64,000 bases of DNA from Balanoglossus misakiensis (Eukaryota > Animalia > Hemichordata). The stretch is from positions 1,746,901 through 1,810,900 of the forward strand of contig CM082593.2 in assembly GCA_040954595.2 (NCBI GenBank), written 5' to 3'. The translations under genes and the position numbers were made by a program. Under the pieces are notes generated by a model. The model was not told the DNA's origin, ran no database searches, and worked only from the letters and a program-made list of their open reading frames with translations. Positions 1 to 13,649 of this stretch are shown one piece after another; the first letter of the stretch is position 1; the number at the start of each line of letters is the position of its first letter.

Positions 1-3000
1 AAAGGTATCGCAGGAATGTCTTACACTTAAAGTTTAAGATATCGAATATGATAGATCCGAAATGGCAGTGTTTCACATGCAAAGTGACCCAGTCATTTTC
101 AGCGATAACCTGTCGACGTGCGACGATTTAAAGTGCAGTCGTCTTCCTCGATTCCGGCTTTGCAAACTGTAAACATTATCCCCACGTTACTCACAAGTGT
201 TATGTATGTGATACGTCAGATTTGTCGGCACTTGTAGGGTGTTTATTGAAAAGTCTAATTGTTGCTAGGATCAAGATGCTAGTCTTCATGATAAAGACGT
301 CAAAATCCTGCTCAAATTTGCCCAATTACCCACGTCACTGCATATTTGAACTGTTGAGGTGAATGCGAATTAATACATATAAAGCTGACACACTTGTTCT
401 CGTACCACCATGGGCTGTGACTGTGGTCATATTTTTCATTTTTCCATGAATAGAATCCAACAGCAAACTGTGTCACATTAGGTCATATTTACAATGGATG
501 AGACAAGGTCGACAGAATGGGTTTCGAATGAAGAAATGTAACACTTCGTGCTCTATGAAAACCGAGTATTACAAACCTTTGTGTGCGTGATCACGATTAT
601 GAAAGAGATTTTCACGTAATCCAGTGATTATTAACACATACATTCAATAGAAGACAAAGATGGCTGATGCCATGGGCGCCAAACCAAATAACTCTAGCCT
701 AAAGATATTGATTAAAAGGGTTTATTTGCAGAAATAATCCTATGAAAATATGCATGCATAGCGGCTTATGAAACAAGAAACCCCGGCTTTCTGTTAAAGT
801 TTAATATTCATTGGTTTTAACACAAGTTAAATACAATCAGAAAATGACAATATTCTTAATTTTAATTCCCCGTCTTATGGTTATGTACATAATCAGAAAT
901 GTTAAATGTTATACAGGTTCAGAGTTATTCCAGTTTTTATCGCACTATGTAGATTTTTGTCAGGTGGATCATAAAAATCTCTTACCTTCGATCAGGTTTT
1001 CAGATAGAGGATTTAAATATAACCTGTATTATATATGTGTTGCTTTGAGGAAAGTTAATGGATGATGGCGCCTGGTATTGACATTGTTTCAAAAAATAAT
1101 CAATGTTGGCCGTTCAGTTTGCACAAATGCACCAAAAGAAGAAAGTCGACATGGTCAATATATGACATAAAATTTTGCTTGACTGATAGGCATGTACAAT
1201 GTATGTGACAGATTTCTGATCAGTAATAAAAGCTGGCCGCACAACTGAAAATGTAGCAAAGTCACTGCTCTCTGCAAGCTGCGAGAATTTACTGTATATA
1301 GGTTCACTTCAGTGCGTACTCCTGAGAATTTGAGTAGCATTGGCGACACTTAAACCCTGTGTCTTATATCCTCCGTCGATGTAAACAGGTCTATAGTGCA
1401 TAGTCAGAACACTTTCGCACATTTTCAAATTGATGATGTCATAAGTGTGACCTGGGGCTGATTGCATTTTTGTTCAAACTGTGGTGAACAACAGTTTCTC
1501 TGCGTAACATTCAGAGTTGATTCATTCCCCTGACAATACAAATCATCGTTGGCTCACAATTGGGGGTTGATAACTTTCGTAAAATCAATCTCCGACAACA
1601 TATGCAAAAAACAAGAAAAGTGTCACTATCAATTTTCCTATTAAAATCTATTCCACTATAATTTTGACAAATGTATCTAACTCCACCCGGGGAACACATG
1701 TGCAGGAAGCTCATTTGTCTGCTTTATATTATTATTCTGTGAAGGACAATTTTTTCTGTTGCCTTGTGAAGGTTAACATGTTACATGTCTCTTCAGGTAA
1801 GGTTTATATAAAATGATTGACGTAGCAAATTTTCACAAAACCATAATTAGATATTAATTGGCCTTAATGACGATAAGATTACCAGCTCTGAAAGCGGATA
1901 TTTGTTTAGCACAAGTGACTATTACTGCCTGTGTATAGACATCTGAAGAAAGCTTGAGAAAACTGTGTTCCATCTATACATGTGCCTTTGCCAAGCTTCC
2001 TTTCAGTGCAATTACTCTACATTGCTGTGACATCAACACAGTGTAAGTACGCGATGTAAATCCAGTTGTCACAAAAACATCCACAGGTTGGTCAATTATA
2101 GAAAAACATTTACTGTAAAATTTCCTGTTTTACAGTATTGGAAGAGGAAAAGCAACTCTAGCAAAAGAAAGCACTGTCAGATAGTCCTTTCTGCTCCCCA
2201 CCAACCACCTTCAGTATTTAAGTATTGCAATAGAAGCAGATGCACGTAATCATCTTGTCAGTCAAATATCGATGACTTGGAGGGCTTCTTATTGCTAATA
2301 ATCAACTGAATCTCTAGTGGTGCATATGACAAATGCGCAAAACATAATGAAAAAAAAATGGAGTACCCTTGAAATGATTTCAATCGAAGGTCCATCATTC
2401 ATGCGTATAGGAAAATATCAGTATATAGTGAGTGCATATACATTTGATAGTGTGTTGAATTAGTGCTTTAGTCTGTGGGAGCCCAGTGTGGGGGAAAAAC
2501 AATGAACAAAATCATCAATATAACAAGGGGGATTTCAGGATACAAACTGTCGCATTATTATGTCGTCACTTCTGAACCACAAATATGTAAATGAGAGAAA
2601 TGACATGAGACATATATTGCAGCCTGGGGTGATCTCTCTTTATTTAATGTAATTTTATATTGTATATTTGAAACTTCCTGCAATGGATCTTTGCATAAAA
2701 CAACCCGCGCGGCAATTTTGTACGTAATCGAGATGCAACATTAAAACATGAGGTTGTGGAGGCATGTCCGGTCTGTTTATAGACCAATGTATTTCATTTT
2801 CAATTCACGTTCCTGTGAAAGGCAAGCCGTGGCCTGATAGTGGCTACTATGAGTCCTCGAGGTAAAAACCTATTCTGTATAAGATCTCCAGTGTACCAGA
2901 TGCAATGGTTTCCAAATATCAGATGTGTATTATCGTAACCTGTCTATCTCTGTCTGAATCTATGAATGCTTTGATCTAACCACAACTGGCTCCTATCAAT

Positions 3001-6000
3001 TATAGTTGTTATTAAAACGAACAAAAGCTTGGAGGTGTCCTTTGCTCATCAAGTTGAATTCATACATTCAATCTGCAAAACCCAGAAGGATGTAACATCA
3101 GTAACCGTTATTGAAATAGTATCAGATAATGTACCACTGTGTGCTATTTTAACATTCGCATATTCCGGCATTTCTTTTTCGTCATCTTTCACAGCGTTCC
3201 ATGTAAATGTACATATGTTAAAATTCAGGAATAACTGAGGAAATCTTTCGACATGTCAGAAATTATTTGTTTTAAGATTGTTTGAGGTTAAGGTGTGAAG
3301 ATAGCAGTGAGTGTCTGTGTGCTCAATCACATCCGCTAGGCTTTTAGTTTAGAAGCGTCAATTCATAAAGGTAATGTTTGTGTACGACTGCAGGCTTCAC
3401 ACAATTGTCAGACAGACTGTATGGTTGTAGCGCCAATATGTCTCTGAAAATGCCTTGATAAGCCATTCAGTGTTTTTATCAATGATTGAATAAAATATGC
3501 CTTGCATCTCCCAGTAAAACTCCCATGGAAAATCTATATACAATTGAAGATACAGGTATATTGTGTGTTTGTGTAATAGTTTGCTGTTCTTGAAGGTTTA
3601 CTGGAACCTCATTTGGTGCAGGTCAACATTACACGACTAAACCTTGCGTGTAATATCTAGCCAGATAACAGTTTTTGTGTGTCTGGTCGTTTAACTGTAA
3701 GTTAGTTACATGTCAAATGAATGAAGGAATGAATGTAGCAGCATCAGCTTGGTCCCATATGGCGACTAACGTACGTCACCGTTTTTAGCGAAAAACACAA
3801 GCTAATATGCGCATCTAGTATGGACCATTGAAAGTGAAGTTTTTGCATAATGGAGGATTGGCGCAAAGCTGGGTATCTGCAGGAGACGTTATTCAAATTT
3901 TGTGTCACTGTCTGAATGACATGACTAACCTCTCCTTGTCTGTGCCGGAAGATATGCACGAACAACTTAAGAGTAAATCTGCCAGAGATTTGAGCATTCA
4001 TCGCCTTAAGACATCCTTTATTTCACCTCAATAAATTACGTGGCCATGTAAACAGGCACGAGTGAATACGGAAAGGAAATTTGAGCTTCGTTGCTCACTG
4101 ACGAAGCGTGAGTAACAGCATTCTCACCATCCCACACGTGTTGATTTTCAGATGTACGAATAAGCCCAAAGGAAGAAACCTTATGTTAGGTAATATGTTC
4201 TCTCCAAATGCAAATTTTAGCAATATTTCTATGGAAATAATTTGTGGCATCCTTATTACTGTAGCTTTTCAAAATGTTACAGCCACAGTGGCATAGCGAT
4301 AACAGGGAACAGAAAATCACATGGATATTTGTCTTCTGAAATATGTATTCGGGTTTTGTTCTATCATGCGTATTAAATGGAGTGCGGGAGCAGTAGTGTT
4401 AACATGCATGTCTACATGAATCTAATATTTCAGCAGATGTTACAGTAGAAAATCAAGACTCTACCTCATAATAATCTTGAGGAAGGGGACGTGTATCTTC
4501 TCAGTCTTAAAAGTGGCGCCAAAGGGTAAATTTGATTTTAAAAGCTAGGGTTGCATAACATTTCTAAACAAAATGTATTTATTTTAAGACACTACAAGTA
4601 ATAAACCTTGTTAAAGAGTCATCATATTTCCATTGACAGAGAATCCATGTATTCACATCACCTTTAACATCGTGTAAACACAGCGAAATGTGATTACTGA
4701 AAGCAAAGTCGACCATGAAGATTGATATTCCAACTGATATTTGCCATTGACTGGCTCAGTTGAGAAGGGAATGAGGTTACTGCATGTGTCTGCCTAATTT
4801 TGTATGTAAATAAAACCAGAGGCAAAGTGTGAGTACCTTTGTAAACCAAAAATCTATGAACTGCCAACCAGATTTCCAAATTACTCTTTTCGCTAGTGTG
4901 ATTACTGAAAGCCTGTCTCTCCTTGCCAATTAATGTTGCATAATGGTGTTCAATCTCACCCAAATTGTTTAATGATAGCACTTTGAAAATTGTCAGTTCG
5001 AAACGTATCCCCGGGCACCAGAAATGTTCCTCGTGTTTTTACACTGAGTTAATTTTCCAGATAATCGCTGTTGGCGCCACGGTGTCTGGTCGACAAGTAA
5101 AGTCTAGGAACTAGACATCATATAGCCGCGGTTTTTAAATAAGCCAGATGACAGTGTCAAATTGCAAAACTAAATGAAATTGTTAACAGAGTGAGGCTTT
5201 CGGTTAATTTTACGCATTAACACATCAAACATGAGCACATCTCTAGAGAAATACATTTTCCTAACGTGATATTCACTGGTTAATCCTTCTGATTTTGACT
5301 TTGAGTTAATAATAGACCTTTATATCGAGAAATCCAATCTCTGTATAGAGAGCTCTACTGTATTTAATGTCTTAATAGGGTATGTAGTCTTCTTAAGTTT
5401 AATTTACAACTTATTTAGTCTAACAGAAAATACACTGGCGTTTTCTGCATACACCATCGTATGGTCTTCAATTTGCTAGAGTCCTAAAATTGCTCTTCTG
5501 CACTCTAATGCAACATCATGGCCATCCAGTTATAATAGAATATTTTAATGGATACCCATGTCGCTCATACCATAATGATGGCATATAAGACCTAAACCCT
5601 GATTAGCTTATTTCATTTTTGTTTAAGCATTAACTTAGTTATATGAGCATTCGGAACACTTTTAAAACCCCGAAATTTAATGACAATAATCATTGCTTCA
5701 GGCTTACAATTTAGGATGTATATTTATTGATTCATAAAAGTGAATTAATTTATGCTAATATGCATTCATCCAGAATTTTTGAAAAGTACTCATAAATCCG
5801 AACAGTTACACTCACGAAAAACGTGAAAAAAAATTCAGTGCCAGTGGAAAGGACTTGGCATGTTTTTGTACGCCCGTGCAGACTGCCATAGGCATTAACA
5901 AAGCAGCTTACTAAAAAAAGTAGGCTCCACGTCCGTCATTTTGTCATGATTCACTGCGACACACACCGATAGCTGGCATTGCTATTAGATGTACCGTGGT

Positions 6001-9000
6001 CTGTGTAAAATTTAATTTCAGTAGTCTTTGTTTATGATTCATCATGATTAACTTGTTCATCACAGTGTCTACAATCTTATACAATAAGAAACAGAAACAT
6101 TTTGTATTCTATTAGTTTCTAGAAACGATCATCATCAGTCGTGTATGTTTTATCAGAATTAGAGAGACGAGAGCTTAGCCTGCGAGAATCAAGGTACGCA
6201 TACCAGTAGTTCTGGCTCAGAAGTATGCGTGTATATGTTTTGATGCAGCGTTTCAGCCTTTTAAACTGGATAGCGTGAATGTGGACTATAAATGTCATGT
6301 AACATGTTTTACATCGATGTTTTGCGTGGTGTAGCCCTGGACACGAAATGTACACATTGTTAGGTCTTTACCAATTCCATATTGTTTAATCCATGTTTTG
6401 TTCTATATTGTCATTATACTTTCAAATGCAATTTGATGATTGCTTTTAATTTTTTTTTCAATTTCAAGCATTATTGTAATACAAATGTTGTATCACGATA
6501 TATACCGTTTACAGTCAATGCAGGCAATACACCAAACTTCCTGCCCTGGCATTGATTGAATGGGTACCACGATTAATAATCTGGGTTATAATTAACTCGA
6601 GCCCCATTCATGATCTCTTAAAAGTAAGGGGCAAATAATTATGGAGATTTCACAACCTACCGAGGGTAGTTTGCACCTTTGGGACACAAGCGTAGATTTG
6701 TTAACAACTGTCCTGAGAATTGGTCGTGACCGGGTAGGAAATAACGCAAGTGCAGTGTGTTAACATGTCACCTTGGTAACTTGCCAATAACTAAATTATT
6801 AACCGCGTCATCCGCTCAGGCCTCGGTGTTCATGGAAGTTGGCGAATTGGAAACTCGATGTGTCTTCTTCGGCGAAATCTTTTACCAACAGTCCAGCAGT
6901 GTTAGTGTCAAACATGCAGTTAGATGGGTCAGATTGCCGTGTATGTGATTTATTTCTTTTTGACATCCAATTCTTCTAAATGCTCCCTTAGAAGAAATGC
7001 TGGTATTTTGAATAAAAGTTTACTCCATTTACTCAAGAATAAAGCTTCTTCTGAACTACACTAACAGAGGGATGTATTTAAAGAATATAACTGCTTTATT
7101 GAAAAAACATGGCTTCCTGTCAAAAGGCACACAATATTACCAGGATGTATTTTGTAGGCTCACCAAAGACTTCTGGCGCCTGTTTATCAATTGGTAAACA
7201 TCCATAAGTATAAATGATGGTGCATACATGCCGGTAGCTACAGTTTATAATGGCAACAATGTATGGTAACAGAAAGCAATGCAAATAATGTGTTGTTGTG
7301 TAATGACCAAAAATTACTGTAATATAGCAAAAAGCCATCGAATTTTGCATTGGTTGCGATGCAACTTAGACCAGAGGATAAAGTTCAGACCATATATTTA
7401 TTGTAGTTTCTCTTTGCAAACACTGGTATAAATTGTTGAAAGTGGCTGCCATGGTTATGAACATTTGTACAGCACGGCAGTTTTGAACCTCGGGGTGCTG
7501 TGTTAATGATTGGATTTATACCAATAGCAACGTGCCTAGCAACCAGAACGAAAATAGTTCAGAAATACACACCTTAATATTTGGGTCACTGGGACACGAT
7601 ATCTTGAGCTACAGATGGAATCGATTCGACGTATATGATCATAGACCAAATTATGATGAATCATATCAAGTTAAAAAAGGCCTACTTTTGGAATCAAATG
7701 TCGAACGCTCACTGCTGCAGTACTCTGGGGGCAGCAGACAGAGATGAATCATGTAATATTCGTAGAAAAATGCCAGTATATAAATGCATGAGTACATACG
7801 GCATCACGTATTTCCACATTGGTTTTCAAAAGTAGCTTGGAGATATGTATAAATCTAAAATCCAACAAATGCAATCTATTTGTTAAATGTTATGTTAGAT
7901 AACTTAATGGAAAATTAAAATCGGTGAAAATAATAGGATTCATACAGTAACTGATACACCGATACCCTAATTATGTACACACTGGAAGCATTTTTCGATT
8001 TTTTCCCTTGAAAATTGTGTCTCTGAGGTACATTCTACCCTTAACGTATAACAATTAACGAATGTGCCCTTAAGGGTAGAGGTTGGGACAGCTGCCTTTG
8101 CCCCTTGGAAATATTTAATTGAAAGCGAAAACGACTCTGATACAGTTCTTATATTATTTATGAGAAAACAGTGATGCAAATTAAACAATTAATTGTTCCA
8201 AAATACAAGACTGGTTTTCTTATCACATAAATTGCCCTACATCTAAAGTTTTCTAGGTAATGTTTATAGTTCCATAGTAATACTATTCACATTCAAACCT
8301 TTGTAATGTACTTTGTAGAGACCATGTAAATTGACTTTGATTCATGATGGCTGTACGGTACCCTGAAAGTTGATAATCCGTAAATCAAAGTTAAATTACA
8401 TTGATTTACATTTAAATTCCTTGGTTATTTGAGAAGTCTGATTCAAAATGGAGATATATCTAGCAAAATGGGACTAATGGTATCTTGTCATTCGTCTGGA
8501 TCTCTAAACTGCTTCAGACATTATCGATCATTACATATACTCTGTTCCTGATTCTTTGATTTTGATATTTCCAGTATCTCATTGGGATGGTTCAAATCAT
8601 ACCTTAAGGACAGATGGTGATCCGTCACTGCCAATGGTTACATTTCTTAGTCCCAAGTCCTGCATTTTGCGCGTCTCCAGAGCTATTTGTCAGTCCCTAT
8701 ACTACAACATTTACATTTAAAACGGTGGAAAGTATACTAGTCCTAATTATTTCACCTTGTTAATGTGCTGATAATGACCACTTTGTTTCCAATCCATTGC
8801 CAAAGGAGTAATTATCAATAGCAATTACCGATAAAAACACAACAGAATAATATGTGTGTGACTACAAGCTAAGATAGTGTCGTGGTCAAATGACTCTTAC
8901 AAGTCGATCTATTTAGGGCTATGGAGGAGTATTCACATCTTTGCAACCATAGCAATTACATAGACATGTCTGTTCATGTTTCTACCTGTCAGAAATAGGC

Positions 9001-9734
9001 AAGTGTAAATGAGGTGTGTTGGAGAATGATGTGTCTTGTATATCACTGACCACATGCTGGTGTTCACATTTGACAAATCGACATATGGATGTACAAAGTT
9101 GTGCAATATACGATAAACATCTCGATGCGATTTAGCTTGAAATTAAAATGTGCAGGCGTGTTAATCCTGACTGCTTAAAAAGGGCAGTGTTGCATTAAAT
9201 ATGAGGTAAATAGCAAATTGTTCGTGATAATATCACGATTAGTGTGAGAGGGTTGAGCTAGCCTTTCTCCGATCAACCAGTGCTTGCATCATTTCTCTGT
9301 ATTGGAACTCTGAAATACGTGGGCATCATGACTTTTAATAATCAGACCATATAAATCATAACATCTACAAGGAGCGTACATCCAATACCTAATAAAACTT
9401 CAATAATCTCTAGGCGATTTTCTTTATGCAATTTCTTCTCGAAATTATGTTTGCGTCATTAATCACAATAAATCATCATCATCTTTGATCAAAACACTAT
9501 CATTGCAGAAAACGTGTAATTGTGAAGTCCAGAAGGCTTGGTGGTAGAATCTTTGATTACTACTCTTAAAACAAGCTATTTATATAGCTGAGACAATCAC
9601 CTTCTTTCTTATTAAACACCCTAAGGCATACGAGTGGGTGTTTTCCGAAAACCACGTGTCATATGTGGGTAGTTATTAGAGCAGCTCGGTGTTGTTGATT
9701 TAGTTCAGGAGGTAACATTGGCGGAATGAAAGCT

Positions 9735-9772
9735 CCTGTAAAAGTACTGTACGTATGTAAACGGTTACAGGT
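9735..9772. repeat. 38-bp dispersed quasi-palindromic repeat, copy 1
   Basis: cctgtaaaagtactgtacgtatgtaaacggttacaggt; 36/38 identical to 12588-12625. Confidence 0.85.
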
Positions 9773-12587
9773 TCCATCATGGAACTGCGTCAATCACGCT
9801 AAGGCTAAATACATAAGATGAGTATCACCAACTGATCATTAAATTTGCTTTTTTCATCAAAAGTTGTGTTATTGGAAATTTTACAAACTATTCGTTTTGA
9901 TATAAATCATACGTAACAGTTTTCAGACACACAGATCACTGGCACTGATAATTTCGGTGTACCTTAAGTCAGGTGTCTCCTGTCACCATGGTGATCCTAT
10001 CTGTGTACCTTATATACGGTTGTCAGTAAAAGCACAGTGAAATGTGAATGTTAGCAACGGATACTGTGCCAGCGTAACCTTTAACATGTCATTGTTGCTG
10101 TCAACTGAAATGGTTCTATTAATGTCATCATTAATTTGTAAAATGGAAAGATCCAAGAGACTTCTTTTTCAAATACCCCGACTGCAAGGGGGTAATACCA
10201 ACAATCGCAATGGGCTTTTGGATATGTGTGTACGGAATATATTGCTTCTTTTAAGAATGTGGTGAATACGCATATTTTGCATGACTTTCTTGCAAATGAA
10301 AGTAAAGTGGGAATGTCTGCAATTTATTAAAATGCACTCTATGTTTGTCATGAAGGATTTAAGTGAATAAAGCTCAAATGAATTTAATGATATTCTGGAT
10401 TTTCGAGGCAATTGAAAGTCTATATCCCGTGGCTATGCATGAAAATACACAGCACGTGCTAGACAATGAAAACATTCTCAAACGATGAGGACAAATGCAC
10501 TGAAAGTTTTCCACATCAATTATATATACATAACGCTCTTATAAGTAGACGTAAAATGCCTGAACCCAGGGAATCTTTATTGTAAGTCACTAATCTAATA
10601 ATTTTCAATTGGTGGAGCATTGGTACGAATGAATAATACGAGCGAACAGTCCACAACTACTGGTGCCCCTTGACTTCCTAATTAATTCACTGTACAATCT
10701 CCTTAAACGAATCCTTTCAATGATGCAGGCCTAGTGATGAGAATAAATTGGTTGGCTTTTTGTGTTATTAAGTAGACCCGTGGGCAATAAGACATCTATA
10801 CATTAACATAATACAGGTCACACTATTCATACTATTCTCTAGCATTAGAACGATTGCAAGTTCAGGATACAACTGTCTTCAACTGTTTTCGAGGAGCCCA
10901 GTAAATCGCATGCAACAGTTTAGCTTGTGTTCAGCTTCTATACAAGCATCACTTATCCACTAATTCTATTGAAAAAATGTTAACCATTCAAATGTTTCTG
11001 GTGAGTGTGGAATGAATACAAGACAAGTTGAATTGTAACCGTTTTGTGCCATCAAAGGGTAATAGTGTGCCCATAATCGAAAGAAAAAAACATCTCATTT
11101 TTACAGTGTCATTGTCTGACATAATTTCTCAGGTAAAAACAGAGAATGTTACTTGAAGTTGACCAAATGTAAGTCTTTCTCCGTATTCGTGCTACTTTTG
11201 TCTTCCTGCTGTTGCTATAAGGCAGGCAGACATGAAGGCGACACAATTATTCCGATAAATCTACTTTGGTGGCTGACGAAGATTCTACAATTTTCATTGA
11301 AATTCACGTCATCAACATTTTATATCGAGCTAAATGGATTCATTCATGGTGATTCACAATTTTAGCCATCAGTGGTATCCCCTGGGCATAGTGATGACAT
11401 CGCCTCTTGTTCAGTGTCGTGGGTTAATCTATGTCACGAAACACAGACTGCCACAAATTTCCCATTGGTCACAATTGTGACAAGCTGCAATGCTTGCATA
11501 CAAAGGTCACAACGTCACTTCATGTCACTTCGCATCAGAGACATGTATGCATTTGCAGTTTCATTGTAGCGAATAACTGAACCTCATGATCAATTAGCAA
11601 GATGTGTATTATAGTCAACTACAAACTTCATGAGATTATCATATATATGGCATGATGCCAGACCATTGTATTATCTCGATATAATCAGATCTGACTCTTG
11701 GTGATTTCATTACCATGACTGTGCGTTGCACACTGCTCTCAATTCCAATCACTGTATCTTCTTTCTTTAATCGGATTACACATCAGAATCAATTTCACAC
11801 CAATTCTTAAGCATCCCTTTTTCAAAAGTTTTGTGGCCTTCAATGTGCATAACACTGCAATGATCAGTATTTTCGATGCAAGCCAACGAAACTGGTTTAC
11901 AATTTACATAAACCATGGCCTGTGTGTATGTGTGTAGGTATACAAAACGAGTTGATTTGGCCAATACAAAACCAATATACATTTGGTTAAAAAATACCAA
12001 TAATTTGCATAACAAATAACATTGTCACACGGACCGTTAACCTTTGTAAGGACTTTTGATTATTGGTAAAATCTTTTCAGCCAGATGAAGATCCTATAAT
12101 GAGTGTCAGTACCACTCGGTCCAAGAAAACCAAAAGCATGAAAATCGACAACAATCTAAGTCCATTTAATGTGCAGTGACCTCTTGTAATGCAAAGGCTA
12201 TGACTGATAAAGGTTGCGAGAGTGTCGGCTGGCTTGGTCTGTGATACAGATATCCATTAGAGATATCTGACGTAGTGTTTGGAGAAGATCATGCCAAATT
12301 ATTTGTGACTTTATTAGTTTATACCTTACAGTATCAACTTCCAAAAGCATAGAATTTGCTCATTACAAGGACAGGTTTGTGTTCTGTCAGGAAACCCACA
12401 CACAACTTTGATGGTTGACCTTGGTGCTCATTTTCGTAAGCTCACATTTCCTTCTTGTTTATCTTCATCAGAAGAATCAGTATCATCATGATCTGCAACC
12501 TTTAATGGTCACCTTTTCCCATCTGCCTGATCTGAGGACATTAGGCTGCCTGCAAGACAATTGCTCTCTAGGTAGTACCGACTACCC

Positions 12588-12625
12588 CCTGTAAAAGTAC
12601 CATACGTATGTAAACGGTTACAGGT
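12588..12625. repeat. 38-bp dispersed quasi-palindromic repeat, copy 2
   Basis: cctgtaaaagtaccatacgtatgtaaacggttacaggt; inverted ends CCTGTAA...TTACAGG and central palindrome CATACGTATG. Confidence 0.85.
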
Positions 12626-13649
12626 ATAACAGAATATGTCCTATGATTGCATATGGTTCATATATTATTCATCCATTCTATCTACTGTAATTACACATAA
12701 CATCACGTACGTGATGATCAATTCTCTGCTTCTAACGGGAGATGAAATCTTATTCCAAATACCGAACCAGCCACCATTTGTCCTGTCCAGATAAATGCTC
12801 ACCACAATTGGCCATGCAGTTAATCCATTATCCAGAGGTGGCATATTTCAGAGCAATGCTTTGCGCTTATCTGTTTTTCACACTGGTCAAACACTACGAG
12901 GTATCGCTTTCTTTCCATTAGAACTGCATGTTTTTTCCCCTGCCACCCCAACAATAATGCATGTATAGCATATCAAAGTTTAGTTGTTGCCATTGTTCAT
13001 CCCTCATCTGCGCCCAACCACCGCCACCTGATCCCAGTTACAAATACTGTTAGCCTTAAAACTCTAGATGTTCTATATAAGCATGTGTGTGTCATGTAAA
13101 CGCTGCCACACATGCTGTGGTGGTAAAATATATGTCAGCTATATTTATTCGCCACAGTTACAAAATAAGCCAGAGAAAGACTAGATTTAATTTAAATAAA
13201 CAATAAAATACATATTCTGGAATACTGTTTTGTAATTCTCTTTACGCGTAAAACAGAATATTTCTCTCTGTGTGGTTTCCTCAATCCTATAGGGACATAA
13301 TTATACTTATCGCATATTTTGTTTGTGGTCACTTACCCTATCTTTGCTGATCAGGAGAGCCTAAAGCAAACAATCACGCATGCGTGTCTATCAGATAGCA
13401 GCTGATGACTCATTTTCATCCATTTCTTCCTCTTGTTAGATCCATTTGTTTAAGCTACTAATGTGCGGTTAATGACCTATGTATAAGCTACCAAGATCAC
13501 AGGAACAGCGTCAGCAGCAATTAGCTCGTATGCAAAGAGATTGCATGCAAAGATATTTCACCCACTGATGAGGATTTCATAACAGTCAACGTCCAACTTT
13601 TTTGAAGATATCAATGCATCAAAGCACAAACTTTGAAGACAAGATTATA

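Noticed and set aside
3880-4120. Faint resemblance to a Crypton-like transposon relic, with a small hairpin; similar short words near 17590, 32620 and 39370
   Set aside because: Needs frameshifts and the matches are too short to support without a database search.
8068-8608. Possible TTAA-flanked MITE (ttaagggta...taccttaa)
   Set aside because: Terminal match is only about 8 nt and there is no second copy in the window.
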